Below are positions 47,890-57,257 of a stretch of 64,000 nucleotides of DNA, in pieces. The translations under genes and the position numbers were made by a program. Origin of the DNA: Bacteroidales bacterium (GTDB taxonomy: Bacteria; Bacteroidota; Bacteroidia; Bacteroidales; B18-G4); NCBI GenBank assembly GCA_018401355.1, contig JAGYLD010000004.1:1628-65627 (forward strand), in the 5' to 3' direction. The notes beneath the pieces were generated by a model. It was not told the origin of the DNA and did no database searches. It worked only from the letters and a program-made list of their open reading frames with translations. Each line of letters opens with the position of its first letter. Position 1 is the stretch's first letter.

Positions 47890-49286
47890 TTAATGTTGAA
47901 TGATCACTTTTCTGGTAATTATTTGATCAGGAAGCAGAACGGTCAGCATGTAAAGCCCACCAGGTATATTATGAACATCCAGCAAAGTTTTCGTATGAAC
48001 TGGAGAATTTCTTTGCAGGATATTCCCCCCCACATCTATAAGTTTGATTTCCTGAACAGAGGTGCTGCCGGTTTCAATGATCAACTGATGGTTTGCAGGA
48101 ATGGGAAATACATTAAGTACCATATTCCTGTTATCTTCTTTGATTGATTGCGGACTATATTCATTGATCACCCCAACAGCATCAAGGTCAAACCCGGAAG
48201 AAGCAAAAGGTGTCGGCCAGGGATCATTGATAATATTTCCATATGAATCATATGATGCAAAATCGGGTTGTATACTACCCACGACATCAACCAGTTTAAC
48301 ATAACAAATGCTATCGGTATCAAGCCCCTGACTACCGGTAAGCTCTTCCAGGTCAAAAGGCGTACCATACAATACACGGTATTTCCCGGCAAGGTTATAG
48401 ATATGCTCTGCCTGGAGGGTGTCAAACCCTCCAATTTGCTGCAGGGTTTCCGAATATGAAATGGAAGGAAACCTGAAGTAATTTATCCCATCAGAGCTAA
48501 CTTCCACGAAAGCGAGTTCAAGAAAAAAGTCTTCAAAACCATTCTCAAAGACTGCAAAATCATATCCCGGACCATTGGCGATAGGCCTGTCAAATGTAAG
48601 AACAGCTTCTCCTGCATCACCGAGACTAACGACTGTATTATCGGCAATACCTGTTCCTGCCGTAATTTCACCATAAGTAGCCGGTCCTTGACCAGGATCA
48701 GAGATGTCAACCATACCACGAGTAACCTGGCAGTCAGACGCCCAGCTTTTAAAAATATTACTGTCCGCATGAATGGCAGTGCTTCCGGGCTGTCCTGCGG
48801 GCAGGGCAAAAAACCCGGGGGCCGCCTCTGCAATATCTGGTTTTTGTTGCGGGTCGAAATCAGTGAACGAACATCCAAACCAATGATTATTTTCGATCAG
48901 GGTGGACAATCCTGCATTCATTTCCCAGTCCCCGGAATTACTTCCGCTCCATGTGCTCAGTAAAAACCACCGGATCCCTGTTTAATTATGATTTACAAGG
49001 CCATCATAGATGATATCATTGAGAGCCCCTCCTGTCGCTGGCAGCCTTTAACCTGGGATCGTGGTTTGCAATGTTTATGAGCAAATCTTCTCCTGACGTC
49101 GATCATTAAATAATACCCCCATGCCATGGATTCAGGTTCAATACCATCCCTGCCAGTCAATGATCAGCATGGCACGGTTTTGACCAGTGCCGGTCAGTTT
49201 TCAATATCATCAGTAAACTCCCTCTGGGCACGGACATACCCACCGATAATCAGTAATACAAAAATCAGAAAACAGTAATTTTTCAT
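47890..49286 (-). pseudogene. T9SS-sorted surface protein, first gene of the B12-riboswitch operon; 5' 365 nt disrupted
   Basis: Intact ORF at 47890-48921 with a Por_Secre_tail-like C-terminus (VFPIPAN...GGLYMLTVLL...RKVIIQH). Upstream, the signal peptide MKNYCFLIFVLLIIGGYVRAQ starts at 49286. Homologous-looking segments follow in shifting frames, with an in-frame TAA at 48982-48984. Confidence 0.7.
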
Positions 49287-49399
49287 TTTAAGTGCTTTAG
49301 ATTTTACAAATCATATAATTGTTTTCCACACCTAAAACTTACCGGAAAAGTTCTGAATAAATCAATCGTAATCTATTCATAGCTTTTTCCCAGCCTTGA

Positions 49400-49600
49400 A
49401 TGGTTTAAAATTAATGGATAGCCAGGTCTTCTGACTTTTCCCAGTTCAAGCCGGCTTCCCATCGGACTCATTTCGACAGTGGCAGGTGTTGGCTTGGAAC
49501 CTTGCCATGAGCAGGAATCACAACAGCGGGAACTGTTCAGGAGTCACACCTGATTCCCTTTTAAATGTTGAAATTGAGCAATTTCAACATCACCATCTTG
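49400..49600 (-). promoter_or_regulatory. Cobalamin (B12) riboswitch
   Basis: The minus strand reads AAAAGGGAATCAGGTGTGACTCCTGAACAGTTCCCGCTGTTGTGA ... AAGCCAACACCTGCCACTG ... GGGAAGCCGG. These are the conserved core and B12 box (GCCACTG). The stem ATGTTGAAAT/ATTTCAACAT is a candidate P2. Confidence 0.8.
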
Positions 49601-49605
49601 ATGTA

Positions 49606-49613
49606 CAAATATA
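49606..49613 (-). promoter_or_regulatory. -7 box TATATTTG (minus strand) driving the riboswitch transcript
   Basis: Exact TAnnTTTG match just upstream of the riboswitch 5' end. Confidence 0.45.
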
Positions 49614-49716
49614 GAAAAGATTAGTAAAATGGAGGTGAAATTGCTAAAATTTTGTTTACTTTTACAAACTGAAATAAGGGAGATATAATCCCGTTAGGTT
49701 TAAAAGGATATTCATA

Positions 49717-49926
49717 ATGAGATTGTTAAGAAAACTTCTATTTCTATCGTCTGCAGGAATGCTTCTTATGTTCTTCAACAGTTCTTGCAGTCCATCAAAG
49801 TATTCAACACATTCCAGTCTTTCCTATAACAGGAGTGCACGGATCAAGGCTCATAAGAAAAACCCAAACCGGCACAGTTTTACACATACATCATCAATCA
49901 GAAAAAAGTATGTGTTAAAGAAATAA
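49717..49926 (+). CDS. Small basic putative lipoprotein (69 aa)
   Basis: Signal plus lipobox-like FFNSSC, with a Ser/Lys/His-rich tail. No recognisable promoter box. It may be spurious. Confidence 0.3.
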   Translation: MRLLRKLLFLSSAGMLLMFFNSSCSPSKYSTHSSLSYNRSARIKAHKKNPNRHSFTHTSSIRKKYVLKK

Positions 49927-49931
49927 ATCAG

Positions 49932-51587
49932 CTATATTTTTTCTTCATCCTTGTCATCTCCCAGGAAAGGATACCTGTAATCTTCCGGAGGTACAAAATT
50001 TTCTTTTATTGAACGCGGGGAAACCCATCTTAAGAGGTTCAGGTATGAACCGGACTTATCATTTGTTCCACTGGCCCTCGCCCCGCCAAAAGGTTGCTGA
50101 CCTACAACAGCTCCGGTAGGCTTATCATTAATATAAAAGTTTCCGGCAGCATTCGTCAGCTTCTTCATTGCCTTGCTTATAACAAACCGGTCGTTGGCAA
50201 AAATGGCACCCGTCAATGCATAAGGTGATGTTTTGTCAACGAGTTCAAGGGTTTCATCAAACGATTCATCTTCATAAACATATATTGTCAAAACGGGACC
50301 AAATATCTCTTCCTGCATGGTAACATAATTTGGATTGGTGGTGAGGATAATTGTGGGTTCAATAAAATATCCTTCGGTTTTATCAAAATTTCCACCTGCA
50401 ATGATCTCAGCATCTTCGTCTTTACTGGCATTTTTGATGTAAGAGGTTATCTTGTCAAACGCAGCCTCATCGATCACAGCATTGATGAAGTTTGAAAAAT
50501 CTTCGACGGTTCCCATTTTAAAGGAATTCAAATCCCTGAGGATACCTTCTTTTATCTCCGGCCACATGCTCTCAGGAATATATGCCCTTGAAGCTGCTGA
50601 GCATTTTTGTCCCTGATACTCAAAAGCCCCCCTGGTCAGGGCAGTCACAACTTGCTGGACCTTCGAGGTATTGTGTACGACAACAAAATCCTTGCCTCCT
50701 GTTTCCCCGACAATTTTGGGATAAGTATTGTGTAACATCACATTTTCACCTATGGCTTTCCATATTTTTTTAAAGACCTCTGTAGAACCGGTGAAATGGA
50801 CTCCGACAAAATCAGGATGTCTTGACATTACTTTACCGCCAACGGGACCTGGGACTGTGATCATGTTGATGACACCATCCGGCAATCCTGCTTCCTTAAA
50901 TATCTCCATAATCACCCTGGCTGAATAAATCTGTGTATTGGAGGGTTTCCATACCACCACATTACCCATCAAAGCCGGTGCAGATGGAAGGTTTCCTGCA
51001 ATGGAGGTGAAGTTAAACGGTGTCAGGGCATAAACAAAGCCTTCCAGTGGACGTTGTTCAGTCCGGTTCCAGACTCCTTTTGAAGAAATGGGCTGATCCC
51101 GATAAATTTTAACCATAAACTCGACGTTGAAACGGAAAAAATCGGCCAGTTCACATGCAGCATCTATTTCAGACTGGTGTATATTCTTTGACTGCGACAA
51201 CATTGTAGCAGCATTGATCTTCGCTCTGAAGGGCCCGGAGATCAGGTCGGCAGCTTTCAGGAATATGGAAGCGCGTTGGTCCCAAGGAATTTCCTGCCAG
51301 GCAGCCCTTGCTTCAAGAGCAGCATCAATAGCCAGCCGGACTTGCTCCTCCCCTCCCATATAATAATGTCCAAGGGTATGTTTTAGTTCATGGGGAGGAT
51401 GAATGGACCTTTTGTCATCTGTTCTGACTTCCTTTCCGCCAATGATCATTGGAATATCCAATGCACGGGATTTCATGTCCTGAATAACTCTTTTTAATTT
51501 TATCCTTTCCGGACTTCCGGGTTCATAATTAAGAACCGGCTCATTGTAAGCTCTGGGAACTTCATACATACCTCTTGACATAAACAA
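49932..51587 (-). CDS. pruA: L-glutamate gamma-semialdehyde (1-pyrroline-5-carboxylate) dehydrogenase
   Basis: ALDH motifs VGETGGKDF and GQKCSAASR. N-terminus SRGMYEVPRAYNEPV is typical of PruA. Confidence 0.9.
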   Translation of the reverse strand: MFMSRGMYEVPRAYNEPVLNYEPGSPERIKLKRVIQDMKSRALDIPMIIGGKEVRTDDKRSIHPPHELKHTLGHYYMGGEEQVRLAIDAALEARAAWQEIPWDQRASIFLKAADLISGPFRAKINAATMLSQSKNIHQSEIDAACELADFFRFNVEFMVKIYRDQPISSKGVWNRTEQRPLEGFVYALTPFNFTSIAGNLPSAPALMGNVVVWKPSNTQIYSARVIMEIFKEAGLPDGVINMITVPGPVGGKVMSRHPDFVGVHFTGSTEVFKKIWKAIGENVMLHNTYPKIVGETGGKDFVVVHNTSKVQQVVTALTRGAFEYQGQKCSAASRAYIPESMWPEIKEGILRDLNSFKMGTVEDFSNFINAVIDEAAFDKITSYIKNASKDEDAEIIAGGNFDKTEGYFIEPTIILTTNPNYVTMQEEIFGPVLTIYVYEDESFDETLELVDKTSPYALTGAIFANDRFVISKAMKKLTNAAGNFYINDKPTGAVVGQQPFGGARASGTNDKSGSYLNLLRWVSPRSIKENFVPPEDYRYPFLGDDKDEEKI

Positions 51588-51761
51588 TTTTTTTTTATTT
51601 TTGCATCACAGGGTAAGGGTCCTCAGGAATTAACACCTAATGATCTTCTGATATTTATGTTTTCAGGAACCTTCTTGTTTCCCTTTTTACTTTACCCTGT
51701 TGATTAACGTTTAAATTATCAAATGGTTCATGTAGCCTGGACTACAAAATCATCAAATATT

Positions 51762-53933
51762 ATGAATATTGACATTCCTCTCGAAAATACAAAAAAACAA
51801 TTATTTGACCAATTCCTTAATGAAAACCATGTATTAAAATCCTCATTACTTAATTCTGATAATCCCGAACAAGTTCATGAGGCCTTGAGAAAGATGGCTT
51901 TGAATATCCTGGAAGAAAACCCTGTAGCCATTGATTTTTATAAAACAAAAAAAACAGGTAGGGAGCAATTTGACAATCTTACATGGAAAGACTTTGCTGC
52001 TATCAGGATACTGGATTATATCGATAGAAGTGGAATTGAAGTAAAAGACCTCAACCTAAGAGGTGAAAAAATAACTTCCAGGCCTTTTCATTGGTTGTGG
52101 GAAGCAGCTCATGGATCCTTATCCAACATTGATCATGACTTTATTGTTGACATGTCGAGGCTTTTCAAGCAACTGAAAGGAGATTCAGCAAGGAAGCTGC
52201 CTTCAAAAAATGATGTTCTGAAATGGATGGATAAACACCCATCCGGACTGGATAAAGAAATTATCCAACTTAGAAATAAAAATAGGGACAGGATAATCAG
52301 GAAATTCATCGGGCTGATAGACAAAGGCAAAAAGAAGGATTCCAAATACCAATTTGAGGAAGGATTGAATTTTGAACAAAAATATGAAAAGATGCAGGAA
52401 TGGTGGAATGAGCGTTTATTTCACCTGAGATTTGCCATTCGCTCCCCGGAACTTTTAAATGAGATGCTTGATAATTCTCTTTCCGGAGAAACCATGAACA
52501 TATTGCAGGATGCCAGGCAAGCCGGCATACCTACTTTTGTCAACCCTTACTATTTGTCCCTTTTGAATGTCAATGAGCCAAAACACCTTAAAGGAACAGA
52601 TGAGGCAATCAGGGAATACGTATTCTATTCCAGAGAGTTGGTGGATGAGTTCGGACATATTGTTGCATGGGAAAAGGAAGACGTCGTTGAAAAAGGCAAG
52701 CCCAACGCAGCAGGATGGTTGCTACCGGATGGTCACAACATCCACAGACGTTATCCTGAAGTATCAATACTAATTCCTGACACCATGGGACGTGCATGTG
52801 GGGGATTATGTTCTTCTTGCCAGAGAATGTATGACTTCCAGAGCGGACACCTTAACTTCAATCTTGACAAACTACAGCCCAGGGAGAAATGGCATGATAA
52901 GCTGGAAAGGTTAATGAATTATTTTGAGGAAGATTCTCAGCTAAGAGACATCCTGATAACTGGTGGGGATGCTTTAATGAGCTCTGACAAATCATTGAAG
53001 GCCATTCTGGATGCCACTTATCAAATGGCATTGAACAAAAAGAAAAAAAATGAAGAACGTCCGGAAGGTGAAAAATATGCTGAGATGATGAGGGTCAGGC
53101 TGGGAACAAGGCTCCCGGTATATTTGCCCCAAAGGATCACTCCGGAATTAATAAAGATACTTGCAGATTTTAAGAAAAAGGCATCAGCCATAGGCGTGCG
53201 GCAGTTTGTTATTCAAACGCATTTTGAAACAGCAATGGAAGTAACACCTGAAGCAAAAGAAGGCATTGACAAACTGCTCTCTGCCGGATGGATCATCACA
53301 AACCAACAGGTATTTACAGCAGGTGCTTCCAAACGCGGACATACAGCAAAACTCAGAAAGGTACTTAACGATGTTGGGGTATTACCTTATTATACCTTTT
53401 CTGTAAAAGGCTACTGTGAAAATAGTTTCAATTTTGCCACCAACGAAAGGGCCATGCAGGAACAGATCGAAGAAAAGAAAATCGGGCTCGTACCAAAATC
53501 GTTTTACGAGGACATAAAGGCTTTTCCTGATGACCCCGAAAATATATCCATCAACATAGAAAAGCTAAGAAAGGCCGCGCACCTGCCTTTCCTGGCAACA
53601 GACCGAAATGTTCTAAATCTCCCTGGTGTTGGCAAGAGCCTGACATACAGAACCATTGGTATTACAAGTGACGGCAGGCGTATCCTTGAATTTGATCATG
53701 ACCACACCAGAAGGCACAGCCCCATCATAGCCAAACTGGGGAAAATTGTTATTGTAGAGTCTAAATCTATCTCCAAATACCTCAGACAACTCGCATCTAT
53801 GGGGGAAAACGTAGACGATTACATTGATGTTTACGGGTATTCAATTGGTGAGACAGAGCCCGTCATACCGATTTACAAGTATCCTGAATACAAATATAAG
53901 GCCACGGAAGAATTCTCTAATCTCATTTATTAG
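51762..53933 (+). CDS. KamA-family (aminomutase-like) radical SAM protein, long form
   Basis: Has the cluster motif CGGLCSSCQRMY (CxxxCxxC) and the KamA N-terminal signature VNPYYLSLLNV. There are ~220 extra N-terminal residues and a long C-terminal region. An alternative start is at 51723. Confidence 0.8.
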   Translation: MNIDIPLENTKKQLFDQFLNENHVLKSSLLNSDNPEQVHEALRKMALNILEENPVAIDFYKTKKTGREQFDNLTWKDFAAIRILDYIDRSGIEVKDLNLRGEKITSRPFHWLWEAAHGSLSNIDHDFIVDMSRLFKQLKGDSARKLPSKNDVLKWMDKHPSGLDKEIIQLRNKNRDRIIRKFIGLIDKGKKKDSKYQFEEGLNFEQKYEKMQEWWNERLFHLRFAIRSPELLNEMLDNSLSGETMNILQDARQAGIPTFVNPYYLSLLNVNEPKHLKGTDEAIREYVFYSRELVDEFGHIVAWEKEDVVEKGKPNAAGWLLPDGHNIHRRYPEVSILIPDTMGRACGGLCSSCQRMYDFQSGHLNFNLDKLQPREKWHDKLERLMNYFEEDSQLRDILITGGDALMSSDKSLKAILDATYQMALNKKKKNEERPEGEKYAEMMRVRLGTRLPVYLPQRITPELIKILADFKKKASAIGVRQFVIQTHFETAMEVTPEAKEGIDKLLSAGWIITNQQVFTAGASKRGHTAKLRKVLNDVGVLPYYTFSVKGYCENSFNFATNERAMQEQIEEKKIGLVPKSFYEDIKAFPDDPENISINIEKLRKAAHLPFLATDRNVLNLPGVGKSLTYRTIGITSDGRRILEFDHDHTRRHSPIIAKLGKIVIVESKSISKYLRQLASMGENVDDYIDVYGYSIGETEPVIPIYKYPEYKYKATEEFSNLIY

Positions 53934-53973
53934 ATAGCAAATAATATTTTATCTTTACCTGTAAATCGTGCTT

Positions 53974-55110
53974 ATGGGAAGGTCGCGAATAATCAATTGG
54001 ATTTTATTCTCTGCCATTTTGATACTGGTTTCATCATGCCATGTAGGAAGGTTCTTTTACTGGAATCTTGCTGATGTAAAGGATTGTAACAGATTTCCCT
54101 CCGACACCATGTATCCCGGGCAACATATCTTTAATTTTGACACCATGCCTGGCAATATCCTTCTGTCATTGCCGGTAAACTTTAATCCAAATGGGAAATA
54201 TCCAGGTTTTGAAATTTTTCTGAAAAAACAAAAGACCATTGCTTTTATGATTATCAGAAAAGATACCATTATTTACGAAAAATATTTCTCAGGATATGAT
54301 GCCCACAGCATTCTCCCATCTTTTTCCGTTGCAAAAGCATATGTGTCTGCACTAACTGGTTTTGCTATTGATGAAGGCTACATAAGTTCTGTTGATGAAC
54401 CCGTTACCAATTATCTGGATGGCTTCAAAGATGAAAGATTCGAACAGGTTACCATTCGTCATTTGCTGAATATGCGGTCTGGTATTAAATTCAACGAGGG
54501 ATATTTTAATCCGTTTGGTCACATGGCCAAGTTCTATTACGGTACCAACCTCGAAAAGTACACATATAATCTAAAGGTAAAAGCATTACCTGATTCATTC
54601 TACTCTTACCTCAGTTGCAACACACAGATTATTGCTATGATCCTGGAGGAAGCTACCGGTAAAAAACTGCCTGATTATCTCCAGGAAAAAATCTGGATAC
54701 CACTTGGGATGGAATCTTTTGGCACATGGAATTATGATTCAAAGAAGCACCATAACACAAAATCATTCTGCTGTATCAATGCTACAGCAAGAGATTTTGC
54801 AAAATTTGGCAGGCTTTACATGCAAAACGGGGAATGGGACAACAGGCAGATTCTTTCTGAATCCTGGATTGATCAATCAACAGAAGTTGCCAATGATTCA
54901 AAAGACTCTCAGGGCTATTCCTATGTATATCAATGGAGGGTAAAAGACGATCAGGCAATTTTTGCCAAAGGCATCCTTGGTCAGTTTATTTATGTTGACC
55001 CTGAAAGGGAAATAATCATTTTAAGGTTCGGAAAGAAAGCCGGAAAACTAAATTGGCCTTTACTTTTTGAAGATATCAGCAAAAAGGCATCATCAATGCC
55101 ATTGCAATAG
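53974..55110 (+). CDS. Serine hydrolase (beta-lactamase / PBP-like family) lipoprotein
   Basis: Lipobox ILILVSSC and SxxK motif SFSVAK. 379 aa. Confidence 0.75.
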   Translation: MGRSRIINWILFSAILILVSSCHVGRFFYWNLADVKDCNRFPSDTMYPGQHIFNFDTMPGNILLSLPVNFNPNGKYPGFEIFLKKQKTIAFMIIRKDTIIYEKYFSGYDAHSILPSFSVAKAYVSALTGFAIDEGYISSVDEPVTNYLDGFKDERFEQVTIRHLLNMRSGIKFNEGYFNPFGHMAKFYYGTNLEKYTYNLKVKALPDSFYSYLSCNTQIIAMILEEATGKKLPDYLQEKIWIPLGMESFGTWNYDSKKHHNTKSFCCINATARDFAKFGRLYMQNGEWDNRQILSESWIDQSTEVANDSKDSQGYSYVYQWRVKDDQAIFAKGILGQFIYVDPEREIIILRFGKKAGKLNWPLLFEDISKKASSMPLQ

Positions 55111-55117
55111 TACGGGT

Positions 55118-55891
55118 TTATTTTCTTTCTCCATTTTTGTATTTCTTTTCTTCTTTCAAAGTACCGTCTTCATTATACTCTATCCACTTTCCATGTTTTT
55201 TTCCGTTCTTGTATTCGCCGGTTAATTTCAGTTTGCCATTTTCATGAAATTCCCGATATAACCCGACAGGCATATTGTTTTCATAATTTTCAATGCTGCG
55301 CAGGCTGTCATTTTCGTAAAAAGTCTTTTGAATGCCGGCAAATTCACCATCCTTGTATGTAAATTCCGCCACCTTTTTACCTTTCATGTTGTACCATGTG
55401 GTAATGCTGTCGCGAAGATCATTTTTGTAGTATGCTTCTTCCTGAAGTTTTCCATTCTCATAATAAAGCTCAGTCTTGCCATGCTTTTCCCCAAATTTAT
55501 ATTTCATTATGCTTTGGGGTGTAGATCCATAACGGTATGATTTAGCCAGTCCATGTAACTCGTCATTCCTGTAATACTTTTCAGAACGCAGATATCCCCT
55601 TTGTTCAAAATGCAAACTGATTCCATCCAGTTTTCCATTACTAAAATTCTGAACGTCAGAAATGGTTCCCTTAGGGTAATACTTTGTCCATATGCCATCT
55701 TTGACTCCATCATTATAATAACCTTTGGAAATTATAGCCCTGTCTTTTTCCTTCCAGTATCCCTGTTTTAATCCGTTTGCATCGGTGAAGTTAATGGTAT
55801 CGCCGATATCATTGATTTCAAAGGTCTGTCCATAAACATTTACTGATCCTACCAGGAAAAACAAGATGGATATACGGATAAAGGTTTTCAT
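55118..55891 (-). CDS. Secreted MORN-repeat protein (YwqK-family annotation)
   Basis: Signal peptide (SVNVYGQ) and about 8 repeats of the G.W..YY.NG.L...G.Y.NG..DG type. Confidence 0.75.
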   Translation of the reverse strand: MKTFIRISILFFLVGSVNVYGQTFEINDIGDTINFTDANGLKQGYWKEKDRAIISKGYYNDGVKDGIWTKYYPKGTISDVQNFSNGKLDGISLHFEQRGYLRSEKYYRNDELHGLAKSYRYGSTPQSIMKYKFGEKHGKTELYYENGKLQEEAYYKNDLRDSITTWYNMKGKKVAEFTYKDGEFAGIQKTFYENDSLRSIENYENNMPVGLYREFHENGKLKLTGEYKNGKKHGKWIEYNEDGTLKEEKKYKNGERK

Positions 55892-55955
55892 CGTAATATT
55901 CTTTCTTTTGAAGTTTAAAAAGACAAAGTTATAAAGATAGGTTCAATATTTCAAA

Positions 55956-57257
55956 TCAGGATAAAGCTTTGCCAAAAAGTTCATATGGTTCGGCCTCCTG
56001 GATCTCAACCAACCGGAAATTGCCCATCCATTGTTTTTCATATGGTTTACGAACAAAAACCTCGTTATCAACCTCCGGGGAATCATATTCGGTACGTCCT
56101 GCCAGAAAACCACCTTCTTCCCTGTCAATCAATACTTTCAATCGTTTTCCAATGAGTTTCTGATTTTTATTGAATGATATTTCCTCCTGAAGCTTCATTA
56201 GGGTTTCCATTCTTTCCTGTTTTATTTCTTTAGGAATATCATCCTGCAACTCATAAGCTTTGGTTTGCTCTTCATGTGAATATGTGAAAACCCCCAGTCG
56301 GCTGAATTTTACTTGCCTGACAAAATCAATTAGTTCATTGAACATTGCCTCTGTTTCTCCGGGATACCCTACCATTATTGAAGTTCTCAAGGCAATTCCC
56401 GGGACTTCCTTTTTCAATCGTTCAATGAGAGCATAAGTTTGTTTATTTGTGATACCCCTTTTCATAGATCTGAGTAGAGGATCACTGATGTGCTGAAAAG
56501 GAATATCGAGATACCGGCAAATATTTCCCCTTTCCCTCATCAAAGGAAGTATTCCGGTTGGAAAGCCGGCAGGATATGCATAATGGAGTCGTATCCAGAT
56601 TGAATCATCGAGGTCTGCAAGGGATTCCAGTAATTCTGCAAGCATGCTTTTTTTTTGAAGATCATATCCATAATAAGATAGATCCTGCGATATCAACAAA
56701 AGCTCCTTTACACCTAAATCAATGAGCCAGGATGCTTCTTTAATGATGCTTCGGGGTTTTCTGGAAACATGTGGACCTCTGATCAAAGGAATGGCGCAAA
56801 AAGAACAATGCCGGTTGCAGCCCTCAGCGATCTTGACATAGGCATAATGTCCGGTTGTAATCTTTCTTCCCGGGAACAAATACTCATCAAATTTTTTTCC
56901 CAGAAAACCGACAATTTCGCTCATTTCATCCACACCAAATACGGCATCTGCTTCAGGTATTTCCTGCACCAATTCATGGCGGTAACGTTGGGACAGGCAG
57001 CCCATGATCAACAGGATCTTTATTAAACCAGATTTTTTCAAAGAGGCATATTCCAGGATGGTATTAATGGATTCCTCTTTGGCATCATGAATAAAACCAC
57101 AGGTATTGATTATTACAACATCGGTGAGGTCTTCGTGATCATGATATATCTCAAAACCATTTTTTTTCAGATGAGCCAGTAAATATTCAGAATCGACCAG
57201 ATTTTTGGAACAACCCATGGTCACGATATTTACCGAAGGATGATTGAAGGAATTCAT
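55956..57257 (-). CDS. rimO: Ribosomal protein S12 methylthiotransferase
   Basis: UPF0004 N-domain cysteines (GCSKN, NTCGF), radical SAM motif CNRHCSFC, C-terminal TRAM domain. Confidence 0.85.
   Translation of the reverse strand: MNSFNHPSVNIVTMGCSKNLVDSEYLLAHLKKNGFEIYHDHEDLTDVVIINTCGFIHDAKEESINTILEYASLKKSGLIKILLIMGCLSQRYRHELVQEIPEADAVFGVDEMSEIVGFLGKKFDEYLFPGRKITTGHYAYVKIAEGCNRHCSFCAIPLIRGPHVSRKPRSIIKEASWLIDLGVKELLLISQDLSYYGYDLQKKSMLAELLESLADLDDSIWIRLHYAYPAGFPTGILPLMRERGNICRYLDIPFQHISDPLLRSMKRGITNKQTYALIERLKKEVPGIALRTSIMVGYPGETEAMFNELIDFVRQVKFSRLGVFTYSHEEQTKAYELQDDIPKEIKQERMETLMKLQEEISFNKNQKLIGKRLKVLIDREEGGFLAGRTEYDSPEVDNEVFVRKPYEKQWMGNFRLVEIQEAEPYELFGKALS

Noticed and set aside
49563-49590. 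Perfect 10-bp hairpin ATGTTGAAAT-N6-ATTTCAACAT as a terminator
   Set aside because: No T-tract follows on either strand. It lies between the -7 box and the AAAGGGAA core, so it is better explained as a stem of the cobalamin riboswitch.
55118-55891. YwqK-family 'antitoxin', suggesting a toxin-antitoxin module
   Set aside because: The protein has a cleavable signal peptide and consists only of MORN-like repeats. No toxin-like neighbour exists: the flanks are a serine hydrolase and rimO. The family name is misleading here.
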